NCBI GenBank assembly: GCA_043228905.1
Contig: JBHGNT010000007.1
Span: 13,950,001 to 14,014,000 of the forward strand
Reading direction: 5' to 3'
DNA: 64,000 nt
Origin: Azolla caroliniana
Lineage: Eukaryota; Plantae; Polypodiophyta
Part shown: positions 34,382-47,267 of the stretch, in pieces
How positions within the stretch are numbered: the first letter of the stretch is position 1
Layout of the letters: the number at the start of each line of letters is the position of its first letter
Translations under genes and position numbers: made by a program
The notes under the pieces: model-generated
Told to the model about the DNA's origin: nothing
Database searches by the model: none
What the model saw: the letters and a program-made list of their open reading frames with translations, nothing else

Positions 34382-35959
34382 AAACAGACCAATCCATACG
34401 TAAATGGATAGTGAAAAAATTATCATTCACTCCATGTCCTGAATGACATGTTTTTGGCTTTCATGGATTCTTTGACCCCCTGGGATTTATTCACTTCATG
34501 AAATCCTGTGTATTGTATATAGTCCATATGATTGGGCAAAGTGTGATATATCCATGATGGAGAGTGATGCTAAAACCTAAAATACATTATCTGAGAATCA
34601 TCTGGGCTATTTGGACCCATGAAAGTGTTTAAAAATCCTGATTTGCAAACTCCTCTGTAAACAAAAAAAAGATTTCCATCATTTATATTTTGTACAGCAA
34701 AGAGGGGTGTCTCTGGGGTTGTTCAGATGTTCCAAGTAGATATGAATTGTGATTGAGCAAAGATTTTCTGTCACCTTGCTGGAGATTTTCTATAGACATG
34801 AATCACAAGAAATTTCTCATGATTCATGTCCAAATGGATTTCCATCCGTTTCATGTCTTGCTGTACATGAAAGAAGGATTTCCAAAAGGGATCATAATGT
34901 CTATGACAATTTTATTCATTCGTCCACTTGATTTCCTGTAGTCCAAGAAAGATTGGAACCCTTGATCTCCCATTAATAATACTACAAGCTCTTAGCAATT
35001 AAGCAAAGCCTTTTTATAAATTTTTAAGTTAACTCATTCCTTTGCCCTACCATTGACTTCTATACATTTCTTGCTTAACTTGTTACCTCCTATGCGCTCC
35101 TTACATTATGACATCGTGTCCTATACATATCCTTCTTATATTCTGCTCTATCAGTCAACCTTTCATATATCTTTTTTCCTCTCATGAGCAGCCCACATCA
35201 CGACATCATGCAATACATGATTTTCACACATTATAGAAAATATATCTATCTTTTTTAACATTATCATCGATACACAAAGGTAAATCTAACAATTCTGAAT
35301 AATATCCCACACATTTCTTTAGAATTTCTGGAGGATCGAAACACATCATACCATCCTCCCCTAATGTTAACACATTATGTCGTGTATGTGATTAATGAAG
35401 GTCATGGAAAAATTCATGTGATTGACAATTATGATTCTCTACTTCTACTCTTAGCAATGCAGCCTATTGATAAATCTGAGCTTAAGATCATGCATAACAA
35501 AATTTAATATCTCTTAATATCCCATCAACATTTCATTTGTTGGCCAATAAGTGAACAATGACCTAGCTTTATCAATGAAATTAGCTAGGAGATTTAATTT
35601 CTTTCTGCTTGTAAAGGCATGATCCATTCTATAATATCTAGTTAACTTTTAAACATTTGTAACAAACACTTCCCATGCCTCATACCCATCAATCTGAATG
35701 TAATAGAAAAATACATCAATCAATTGACACATATAGGCATGGAAGACATAATGATCCAAAAGTGATGAATTGAAAATCACTGATGGTTTTCTTGAGAACT
35801 CATGAAAAGAGATAACTAAATGGTGCATGAATTCAAAAATTAAAGGGAAAGGATCTAATATAATTGATCCATAAGACATCAAAATATCCAAGATCTTTGG
35901 TGGAAACCCTTTGGTATGCATTATCTACATTCGATCCTAAAGTACTCTAATAAGCTAGA

Positions 35960-36975
35960 CCATTAGCCTAGGGTAGTAGGGTGTGCTTTTCTTGTGAACC
36001 ACGACGTAGTGATTTGTGAGCTCATGCACCAATTTGTTGATGAAGTGGCCACCCTGGTCGTTGCTCAGTTCGATAGGACAACCGAGTTGGCGCCATATAT
36101 TTTTCGTATAGGAATTTTGCCATGGGCGCGACCGTGTTGTCTCTGAGCGCCTTCGCTTCTACCCATTTGGTACAATAATTGGTCGCGACAATGATGTATC
36201 AATTTCTTGTGCGTGCCACGGCTAGTTTGAATGCACCCACAAAATCAAGGCCCCACTTTTGAAAAGGCTCAGCTGGTAGAATTGATTGGTGAGGCATCCT
36301 CGCTTGTTCTGTTTGTTGCCCCATCCATTGGCATAAGTCGCATTGCCATCAAAATTTCACCGTGTCTCATTGTGTCATCGGCCACCATAGGCTGCCACTG
36401 CACTTGCGGGCTGTTGCCTCTCCGACATAGAGCCTGCCTATTATGTTGTGTTAATAATTAGAAGATTAACTAAGAGCTAATTAGTATCTAATTATGTGAG
36501 TATTTAATCACGTGTGTGATTACGTTACGAAAGATTATGTGATGTGTGTGTATGTGTGTGTGAGAGGAAGAGAGAGAGGAAGTTACACTTATCAATAGTA
36601 AACAGGGGATAATTAACGAGTGTAACACAAAGAACTCTTACTTATATTAAAAAAACATCATCAAGTTACAAAAATACCCACAATGAGATATATATACATC
36701 TCATCCGCAAGGGTGTGAGGAGAATATACGTACAAGGGTCTAAGTCCTTCATTAAGTCCTACATTAAATGAACTCGATAGTGGGGAATATAGAGATCTCC
36801 CACTTAAATACTAGGAGCAAATCCTTTATAGTCAACATTCAAAATAGATTCTATTTATGTAACTACTAAGTTACATGGTGGACTAAACGACTAAACTTAA
36901 TTGAGCTTGATAGCTCAACATGCCGCAATGCGTCTCGCTTAGGATTGCGTCTTTTTCGAACTACCGGACAGTTCG
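35960..36975 (-). pseudogene. Athila-like Ty3/gypsy integrase fragment, split by an LTR-like insertion and cut at 36975 by the chromovirus LTR
   Basis: Minus strand: [41 protein letters not shown]. Confidence 0.8.
36439..36920. mobile_element. Probable solo LTR inserted in the integrase fragment
   Basis: AT-rich ~480-bp insert ending CAACA, with TGTTG at 36444; integrase codons resume on both sides; TSD unclear. Confidence 0.55.
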
Positions 36976-37132
36976 TGTCACGAACAATACTAAGATAGAG
37001 AAGTACTGTCAGGAACAGTACTAAGACAGAGAAGTACTGTTAAGAACAGTACTAAGACAGAGAAGGAATTAGTACTAAAAGATGAGGATTAGTACTAAGG
37101 GAGGTATAGAACTCTCGAGAGAAGGAAAGAGT

Positions 37133-37197
<65 letters not shown>

Positions 37198-37496
37198 TGA
37201 TGATAACAAAAGATATATATTATGTTAAGAGAATATACAATAGTAGCTAGGAGGCTTAAGATTAGCATTGAACCGATTTGGTTCGAAATAATGCCTTGTG
37301 CCTCCTTTTATAGTGTTCTTAGGAGTACTCCTGAAGTTTCTAGAGTGTTCTAGCGAAATCTGGAATATACATCAATTTTCTATAGTAAACCTTAAAATAA
37401 AATAATACTTTTCGTATTATAACATATAGTCTAATGGTCAAGAGTTCGACCCGTGTAACATAAGGTCATGGGTTCGAGTCTTGCTATTTCATGACA
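36976..37496 (-). repeat. 3' LTR of the chromovirus (three 31-bp terminal subrepeats, long (GA)n)
   Basis: Homologous to 42295-42748, which has two subrepeats and a short GA tract. Confidence 0.9.
37420..37491 (+). promoter_or_regulatory. tRNA-like Pol III A/B-box cassette at the U3 tip of the chromovirus LTR (second copy at 42672-42743)
   Basis: TAGTCTAATGG at 37427 and GGTTCGAGTC at 37471; T8-to-T54 distance 46 nt as in a canonical tRNA; AAGGTC variable-loop-like segment. Confidence 0.7.
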
Positions 37497-40400
37497 CTAT
37501 CCCCCCTCTAAAATGATGAGTGTCACGAGTCGTTTTGGATTGAGGACCTGGTTTGTCTGGATATTGACAATGGAAGTTTTCAAGAAGAGCACGAGCATTG
37601 GTCACATTCTCTATTGGTTCCCAAGTACGCTTGTTGGGATTATACCCTAGCCAATCGACTAAATAGTAGAGCTTGTTGCGAACAATCTTGGAATCAAGGA
37701 TGGCGGTAACCTCGTACTCAGGTCCATCTTCAAGTTCGATTGGGGGTGGCGGTTGTTTAATACGACCTGGGATGGTGCTGTCTTGATAGGGTTCGAGGAG
37801 AGAACTATGAAACACCGGATGTATCTGAAGTTGTGGAGGTAGATTGAGACGAAAAGCGACATCATTAATTTTTCCGATAATACGGAAAGGACCTAATCGC
37901 CGGTAATCCAACTTCTTGCGTGGGCGAGTAGTCTTGATGTGTCGTTGTAGTAGCCATACCCGATCTCTAATGTTAAAATTGGATGGAAGCCTATGACGAT
38001 TTGCGTAAACCTTGTGTGTTTGATGAGCGTGTTGTAGATGAGTAGATAAATCCGCTTGTATCTTGCGTAACCATTCCAAATGATCCTCTATGCAAGGATT
38101 TGTGGGTAACTCTAGGGTTTCAAATACACACCACCGGGGGCGACAACCCGTATAAGCATAAAATGGTGTAACCTTTGTCTATGAGTGGACAAAGTTATTA
38201 TACGCAAATTTGGTGAAGTGGAGAATATTCGTCCAGTTATCTTGATGATAGCTTAGAAAGCACCAAAGATACTGCTCCATCGTTTGATTTGTTCGTTCTG
38301 CTTGGCCGTTTGTTTACGGGTGGTAGCCGAAGGAGATGTTACAAGTGACCTTGACCATTTTAAAGAGGTGCTTCCAGAATTTCGAGACGAACTAGGGTCC
38401 ACGGTCGCTGATGATACTATCGGGAAGGCCATGATGCCGACATACTTTAGGCATGAAAGTTTCGGCGGTTTCCTCACTTGAGATTTCCTTACTACATGGC
38501 AGGAAATGTGTTATCTTCGTATATCGATCTACTACTGTTAAGATTGCATCGAATCCCTTAGAGACTGGAAGATCTGTGATGATATCTAGAGCAATGGATT
38601 GCCACGACTTGCTTGGAATTGGTAATGGTTCTAATAAACCATATTTTTGCTCTAAAACATGTATCACAAGTCTAAACAAAATCTTCGACAAATTGTCGCA
38701 TATGGGGCCACCATAATGATTGTTGTATTAAATCTAATGTTTTAGTACTACCAAAATGCCCAACTGTATATGTGTCATGACAGATTTGGACTACTTGAAA
38801 GCGACACGAACCATTAGGAACATACAAGAGTTTCTTAAAGAATAGTAATCCATCATGACATTCGAATTGTTGATAGTCCGTACCTGGTTGTTGCGATTGT
38901 GAACAAGATGCTCGGGAGGGATCAATTTGTGCTAGAATGTCTTGGGCGAAAGCATTTGTCTTTAAGTCCTCACGTATGGTATCGATAACGTGGGAATCCA
39001 AGGGCATACTAAAGACCTGCATTGCTTGCAGTTGTGCTAGTCCTAGGATTACTTGCTTTTGGTTATCGAAAGTTGGCTCGCCAAGACGCAGTGCTAGATA
39101 CGAGCGTTGTGATAATGCATATGCCTTCCCTTGTTGCTTCCCCGGACGATATGTAATTTTGAAGTCAAAACGAGTGAGGAATTGGGCCCACCGAGCTTGA
39201 TGTCGATTTAACACACGAGCATTCTGAAAGTAGGCAAGGTTTTTGTGATCACCGAATACGGTGACTTGATGAGAAGATCCCTCTAGAAAATGCCTCCATT
39301 GCATAAAAGAGTCCACTATTGCTAATAGCTCCTTATCATGAATTCCATAGTTGATTTCGACGGCATCAAACTTGCGTGAGTGGAAAGCCACAGGATGGAG
39401 CTTTTCATCATCGCCTTGTTGTGAGAAAATGTTACCCAACGCGAAATCTAACGTGTATGCTTTGATGATGAATGGTTTTTCCGGATCAACATGAGCCAGG
39501 ATAGGAGCTGATGTAAATGCCTTCTTAAGATTCTCAAAAGCCATGTCCGCTTCTTCATACCAAACAAACGATTGTCCCTTCCTGGTGAGCTGTGTGAGAG
39601 GTAGAACAAGCTTTGAGTAATCATGTATAAACTTGCGGTAGAAATTGGCAAAGCCTAGAAAGCATTGCACATCTCGCAACAAACACGGAGTCTACCACTC
39701 TACCACCGTTTTGACCTTAGCTGGATCCATGGAGATGCCTCCCGAGGAAATGACATAGCCCAGAAATTCTACTTGGTTGCACTCGAAACTACATTTTTCC
39801 AGCTTTGCATAAAGACCATGTTCTTGAAGTCGTTTTAGTACTTACAATACATGAGAATCATGCTCTTCTTGGGTCTTTGAATAAACCAGTAGATCATCGA
39901 AATAGATGATCAAACAAACATCCAAGAGATCTCAGAATATATCATTTGCCATGTGCTGGAAGACTGTTGGCGCATTAGTGAGGCCGAATGGCATGACCAT
40001 ATACTTGAAGTGCCCATATTTGGTGTGAAACACGGTCTTCCATTTAAAATCCGTACGAGGCTATATGCTCCTCATAAGTCCACCTTTGTGAAGAACCTAG
40101 CACCATTTATTCGTTCTAAAAGACTTGAGATAAGGGGAGCTAAGTACCTATTCTTGACGGTGACCTTATTCAAGCCACGGTAATCTACGACGAGACGAAG
40201 TGATCCATCCTTTTTCTTGACGAAGAAAATGGGTGCGCCAGCTGGAGATTTCGAATGTTGAATGAAACCATTTGCCAAATTCTCCTATATATAGGTTCGA
40301 AGGACTTCTAGCTCGGTTGGTGACAAATTGTAGATCAGTCCCCATGGTGGCTCTTTTCTCAGTTGTAAATCAATGGGGCAATCATACGGTCGATGGTGAG

Positions 40401-42198
40401 GAAGCATATTGGCTTGTACATTATCGAACACATCGGCATAATGACGATACTTCTTTGGAAGTTGAACGATGGACTCCTCTTTAGTGGTGTTGGAGGGTTC
40501 TCCTGATACTACGAAGAGAAACATTTTTCTTCCTTGCGTCCTTCCTCACGCAATTGATGTAGCGAAATGGTTGCAATCTTATGAGTAGATCCTCAGGTTT
40601 GTCGATGCCGGATTTCCCTTGTTCTCCAATCTATATCTGGGTTATGTAATTCAAACCATGGTAATCCCAAAACAATGGGATGTTCTGGGATACTAATTAT
40701 ATTAAAGGATACTACACACGCTAAATTATCTAGGGCAATATTAACAAGTTCTGACTCTTCTATGGTATTTCCGGAAGCAATGGGACGACCATCAATGACT
40801 ACTACAGAGGCTGGACATAGGAGTTTTCTTAGGGATATCTGATGATCTTGGGCAAAATTCCTATCCATGAAGCAAGAATTAGCTTCAGAATCTAGGAGTG
40901 CTAAGACATGTATTGGAGAGGTACTTTAGTACTAACTGTTACTTGGGCTAAGAACACATTGCTAACTTGCTTAGAGGGAATGGAACCACTAATGGGCTGC
41001 ATAGATCTAGGGCTATCCAACCAAACGGCTCCTATTTTGGCTGGACTTAGTCGTTTAACTCTTCTTCTAACTAACTAAGGACATCAAATTTGTTCGATAG
41101 ATTTGGGCAATGAGTACTATTAGGACTATAAGATATTCCTACGCAAATAGACTCAAGTTTAGTACAATTAGAACTAGCAACTATTTGGTTCACCTGTCTT
41201 CTTGGCCTATGGGGACAGTTCACTACAATATGCCCTGGTTCACTGCAATAAAGACATGGTCGATTTGCTCGGCATCGCTGCTCATCTTCTTCCGATAATG
41301 GACTGCGACGACATGTAGTGTCAATTTCCATCGGAATTGGAGTATTCACTGGAGACACATTATATGACTCCCTTGGAAAAGGTTTTGCTACCAATGAGGT
41401 GTAGGTGGGCTCTAATCTTGCCCTTGGCATCTGGAACTGAGGTTCCGAACGTCGTTCAAAAAGACGATTATCGCATCTCACCGCGCGACTAATTGCTTCT
41501 ATCAATGACTTTGGTTCTTCGGGGAAGGTCAAGAGTAAACCCATGACATCGTTATGTAGGCCATAACGAAATTGCTCCATAAGTGCTTGGTCATCCTAAG
41601 GGATATCAAAGGAGAGTAGGTAGAAATCTGTAGCGTATGCGGAGGCTGGACGATCACCTTGACGTAATCGTCGGATTTTGTTGATTGCTGTCTTTATGCT
41701 GTTAGTATCTCCAAAACAAGCTTTAAACTCACTTAAAAACTCTTCAAAATTGTTTAGTAAAGGAGATTCCTTTTCTAACAACGGAGCGAACCATGCCAAA
41801 GTTGAGCCACTTAGCAACGTGCCTACTAAACCCACTCGTGATGCATCGGTGAGATATCGGGAATGATGCATTTGAATGACTAATCATACCTGATTAAGGA
41901 ATCCTCTAAACCGTGATCGTGTTCCATCAAATTTCATGGGAAGGCCGATCTTGGGTTCTTTATGAACCCCTTGCGTACTGGGTCCTTGTTGTTGCATCGC
42001 GACTATGGTTGCTTCGAGCTATTGCATGCATAACGCTAGTTCCCCATGTTGTTGTTGCGTCTGCTGCTTCTCTAAGGAGATTTGTTAAAGCTCCCCCAAC
42101 AGTAGTTGATTTTCTTATTCCTATGCGAGAAACTTCTCTTTCAAGCATTGCAACTTCGAAAAAACATATTGATATTCTTGAGCGCTAACAGTGGCCAT
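37489..42198 (-). pseudogene. Chromovirus gag-pol with C-terminal chromodomain, broken by stops and frameshifts
   Basis: ORF fragments 41596-41871, 41071-41580, 40593-40868, 40072-40278, 38672-39682, 38392-38691, 37489-38079 (LGPF; YEVTAILDS...YYLVDWLGY...TWEP). Confidence 0.9.
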
Positions 42199-42294
42199 AG
42201 TATGAGAGAAAAGAGGAATAAGAGATTAGTATGAAGGGAGGGAGAAGTAAGACGATAAATGAAGAGAAGGAAGGAGAATAAAATCGGTTCAAAC

Positions 42295-42748
42295 TGTCAG
42301 GAATAGTACTAAGACCGAGAAGTACTGTCAAGAACAATATTAAGATAGAGAAGGAATTAGTACTAAAAGATGAGGATTAGTACTAAGGGAGGTGTAGAAC
42401 TCTCGAGAGAAGGAAAGAGTGAGTGAGTGAGAGAGAGGGAGGGAGAGAATGATGATAACAAAAGATATATATTATGTTAAGAGAATATACAATAGTAGCT
42501 AGGAGGCTTAAGACTGGCGTTGAACCGAATTGGTTCGAAATAATGCTTTGTGCCTCCTTTTATAGTGTTCTCAAGAGTACTCTTGAAGTTTCTAGAATGT
42601 TCCGACAAAATCTGGAATATACATCAATTTTCTATAGTAAAACTTAAATGAAAATAATATTTTTCGTATTATAACATATAGTCTAATGGTTAAAAGCTCG
42701 ACCCATGTAACATAAGGTCATGGGTTCGAGTCTTGCCATATCATGACA
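42295..42748 (-). repeat. 5' LTR of the chromovirus, followed by a self-complementary PBS (42281-42292)
   Basis: Minus strand after the LTR reads GTTTGAACCGATTT, complementary to AAATCGGTTCAA in the LTR just downstream of TATAAAA. Confidence 0.88.
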
Positions 42749-45700
42749 GCAATAGGAAGGAATGCAAAATAATTGCTAGAGTAGGCAAAGTTCCAATTCA
42801 ATTATCGAATGACAACACAATTGTCCTGCACCAAGTCTGGCATGTACCCGCACTTAAAAGGAGTCTGGTCTCCATCACATGTTAGTTGAAGACGGGTATT
42901 GAACGACTCTAAATGAGTCGAGATGGATGATCAACCGAGGAAACCTGATGATCAGAAGCAGACACAAGTACAACGACGTGTATCCAATTATGGCGATCAA
43001 TCCATACGGGGCTATAAACATAGCTGAATCGCCAAACCTATGGCATGGCCGACTTGGCCATATGTCGCAAACCAAACTTGACTGGCTAATGGCGGTCAAC
43101 TACATCCCTAACTCCTGACGAAGACAGACTTCTGTGAGCATTGTCGTTACGGGAAATAGACTTTCTTTTGGCACTCTCTCCATTAAGAGAAGACACCAAA
43201 GCCCCTAGAGCTCGTGCACATAGACATATGTGGGCCGATGCCTGAGCGATCACTAGGAGCCTCCCGGTACTTTATCACATTTGTAGATGATTGTACATGG
43301 AAGGTTTGAGCCTACTCAATTAGGTCAAAACATGAAGCGCCCGAGTTCTTCACTCGGTGGCTAGCTGAAGTGGAGAACCAATCAAGATACAGAGTGAAGA
43401 CACTCCGATCTAACAATATAGGAGAATACACCTCTCCAACCTTCAAACAATACCTGTCCGACAAAGGGATCTAGCACCAAAAGACCATTCCATACACATC
43501 AATGCAGAATGGATCAATCAAACGATCAAGGAGAGGGTGATGGCAATGCTCCAACAAGCCGGACTAAAGCTGGAGTTCTGGGCTGAAGCATTGCAGATGG
43601 TGGTTTACTTGATAAATCTATCACCATCGAAAGCAATCAGGCTCGATGCCGTAGGCACTATGGTCAAGCAAACAACTGACCTACGATAGGCTCCATACAT
43701 TCAGTTGCGAACCCTATATGCATTCATCCCTAGGGAGAAAAGGAACAAGTTGGCACCCCATGCAACAAAGTGCATATTTTTTGGTTATGGAACCGATGGG
43801 GAGTTCGACTATGGACTATGGGACCTAGAGAACCGGAAACTAATCCGGAGCAGTGATGTAATCTTCAATGAAGACTCTATTATCTCAGAGCGGAGCTAGT
43901 AGAAAGTAGTTGGTAAAAAGGTAAGAATGACGGCTTCTCCAGTTTTCGGAACTTGAAAAGCTTAGTAGAAAGGGAAACAGAGAGGAGAATCAAGTGTCTG
44001 CAGTCGGATGGCGGAAAGGAATACGTTTTCAGCCAGTTCAACTGTTATTTGCAACAGATGGGAATTCGTCGTGAATTCACTTGCAGATATATGTCGGAGC
44101 AGAATGGCATAGCCGAAAAAAGAAATCAGTCGATTATGGAAGCGTCTTGGGCAATGCTAGAAGAGAAGAGCATGCCCAAATTTTACTGGGTTGAAGAGAG
44201 TCTGATTTCATTCCAGCTAATGCTACAACCCTCAGACGAAGCAAGTGTGAGTGAGCTGAGACGTCGTGTTCGACGAATCGGCATCTTGGTATTTCCTTCC
44301 GTCTTCGACTCCCGATTATTGAGGATGAGGCCAATCATGCTGAAATGATCTTGGAAGAAGAAGAAATTGACACTCTAGAAGAGAGTCTGATTTCATTCCG
44401 GCTAAGTGGACTAAATTAAGAGCTTGACCGCGATGGTCAACCAATTGACATGTGGGTGAGCGACGAGGACCCGATCATGCAATCCCCACGGAGGAAGTGA
44501 AGGAAACGGCTTACCTGCAAAGAGAAAGGGAAGAAAAAGATGCTGGAGCACGGAAATCTTGAAGGCATGTCAATTCGAAGTGAGTCCAACGAGGCCATGA
44601 GTGAAGATGGACCTCTAGAACCGAGGTCGGAATCGGCTGAGAGGACCTTGAAATCGGCTAACAAGAAATTACGCCAATTGACTCGCCACAAGAGCCCAAT
44701 GATCTGATACAGATACAATGAGTACATGGTGCATCACTATGCGTACATGAGGAAAGTGGCCGAAGTTCGCGAGCTATAGAGGTACGTAGAGGCATCATAG
44801 GATGCCAAATGGCAATTAGCCATGGAGGAAGAAATGCAGGCACCAACTGTCAACGAGACATGGGATTTAATTTACCCTCCCCGACACTCCAAGCTGATCG
44901 GATGCAAATGCATGTACAAAGTAAAACACAACACCGACGACTTGGTCAACCGATACAAGGCCCGATTGGTGGTCAAAGGCTACACGCAAACCCATGACAT
45001 CGACTACGATGAGACTTTTGCACCAGTGGCGAAGATGATGACAGTTCACGTGGTGCTAGCAGTGGCAGCGACAAGTGGATGACATCTCCATCAAATGGAT
45101 GTCAAGAACGTGTTTCTTCAAAGGGACCTTGAAGAGCATGTATATATGATCCAACCCCTTGGATTTCAGTCGGAGTTGCACAAGTCAACATTATGCCAGC
45201 TAAACAAGTCACTCTACGGCCTCAAGAAAGCCCCACATGCTTGGGACTCCAAATTCATGCAACGACTGTGTAAGATGGGGTTTGAGGTCTCAAAGTTTGA
45301 CTCATCATTGTTCATCTGAAATGGTCAGAAAGGCCCGGTATGCATATTGTTGTATGTGGATGACCTGGTCGTCATTGGTGCCGACCTTGCTGAAATCAGC
45401 CATGTCAAGTCCCAATTTTCAACTGCATTTGAAATGAAGGACTTGGGGGACCTTCATTACTTCCTCGGGATCAAAGTGATCCACACCCCCGATGGCATAT
45501 TTCTTACTCAACAACACTAAGTCCCGAATATGATGTAAACATTTGGATTGACAGATTGCTGATCTATCACCAATCCTCTTAATTGAAACCTGAAGCTTCG
45601 CCACGACTCAGGAACAGTCTACGATGCGAAACAGTTTTGCAAAATTATTGAAAGCGTGATATATTTGATGATCACCCGACCCGATTTTAGAAATTCAATC

Positions 45701-47267
45701 AGCATGATTAGCTAGTTCATGCAGAAACCGACACTCAAACACCTTCAATGCGCATATAAGATATTGTGATACGTGAGTGGCATGAAGGATTGTGGACTGC
45801 TATATTGGCATGGTTTAGCCAAACAATTGGTCGGCTACACAAATGCCGATTGGGTTGGAGACGCTACGGATCGCCGATCGACATTAGGGTTGATTTTCTT
45901 TCTCAGGAGTGTAGTAATAGCTTGGAGCAGCAAGAAACAGACTACAGTGGCCTTGCCTTGTCAAGCACAGAGGCTGAATATCCAAGAGCCACCGTCGCTA
46001 CTTGCGAAGCCATATGGCTCAAGCGGCTATAGTAGGATCTGCAAGTGGTGGTTGCCAATCCGATTCTGATCTAGTGTGACAACATCAGTAGCATGCAATT
46101 GGCAAATAACCATGTGTTACATGGGTCGAGCTCTTAACCATTAGACTATATGTTATAATACGAAAAATATTATTTTCATTTAAGTTTTACTATAGAAAAT
46201 TGTGCACGAGCGAGTCCTGAGCAGTGAAGTCGAACTGCGGTATGTTCAAACTTGATAGAGTGATGATGGAAAGAAAAGATAATTAAGATATATAGATCCA
46301 AAACCACAAAGATCTATTGATAATGAATAATCATGATGGAAGGAAGATAGAAAGAAGATACATAAATCCAAGTCTACAAAGATATATGGATAACAACACA
46401 ACCACACTACATGAATAGGCAAGAAAAACACCACAAGAAAGAGACTCCTTACCACCATCTTCCTCTTATTTCTTCATATGAAGTTCTTCTCTACTAGATA
46501 AGTTTCCCTTGCTTTCTTTTTTATGTTTTTTTTAGAGTTTTTCATCGAGTCCTATTCTTATCTATGACACAAGAATCTTCAAATAGTCACATCTCCCTTA
46601 TCCAAGCTCCAAATTTAGAGTTTTAAAAAGCTACAGATAACTCTCTTCATAAGCTTTCTAACCTATATTTGAACATGATATTTGGCTTCCAAACGAAAGA
46701 GTTATAAGTGTTCGTTTCAGACTGTATTTTGGTGGCCCGCTTTTTTCTTCTTTTACTTTTCTCCACATGTCTTGCTTTTTGTTTGACTTATCCTCAAGAC
46801 CTTGGTTCGTGTTCTTGACCTCCGGATGTGAATGCTCCATACCTTATATTCTTGTAGTATTCAATACTTTGAATTCTAAAAACACTTTCACAGAACCGAT
46901 CGACAGGTTGTTGATATTTTCACCCAGGCACTCAGACTAGACAAGTTGTGGCACTTCTCGAAGATGCTTGGGCTACAACATCTCAACATGCCACACTTGA
47001 GGGGAAAAACAATTGGGAGATCAAGAGAGAACAACAAATGTGACAAGCCGGAGCAAGAGCCAACCGAAGGTAAGAGGAGAACCAAAGAAGAAGATGAATG
47101 GGAGACAAGAGTTTCGAGTAATGGAAATGATTTGGACGTAATGTACGAGCAGACAAGCTGGATTGAAGAGGTTGAGGAGCGCGGGACCGGAGGGGTCAAG
47201 GAGCACGTGCCAAGAGACAAGTTGGTAGGAGGAGTCGACGTGAAGAACCAACAAAGAAGGAGGAACA
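42749..47267 (+). mobile_element. Chimeric Ty1/copia remnants: PR/integrase (42749-~43925), second integrase piece, RT-RNase H (~44800-47000), PPT and partial 3' LTR
   Basis: [63 protein letters not shown]; CACTTGAGGGGAAAAA at ~46994-47009; many stops. Confidence 0.85.
46253..46890. mobile_element. ~640-bp TG...CA insertion (probable solo LTR) in the copia RNase H
   Basis: Host codons ELRYV|..TDRQVVDIFT are split by an AT-rich insert; no clean TSD. Confidence 0.5.

Larger units (their letters stand above)
36976..42748 (-). mobile_element. Degenerate chromovirus (Tcn1/Tf1-sushi-like Ty3/gypsy) with two LTRs
   Basis: LTRs 36976-37496 and 42295-42748 (TGTCA...TGACA); PPT AGAGGGGGGATAG at 37497-37509 (minus); gag, PR, RT ([27 protein letters not shown]), RH, INT, chromodomain; no TSD. 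Confidence 0.93.

Noticed and set aside
37420-37491. Functional tRNA genes here and at 7752-7821, 1668-1745, 10461-10530, 42672-42743
   Set aside because: Anticodon and acceptor stems do not pair properly and all copies lie inside LTRs; reported only as tRNA-like cassettes.
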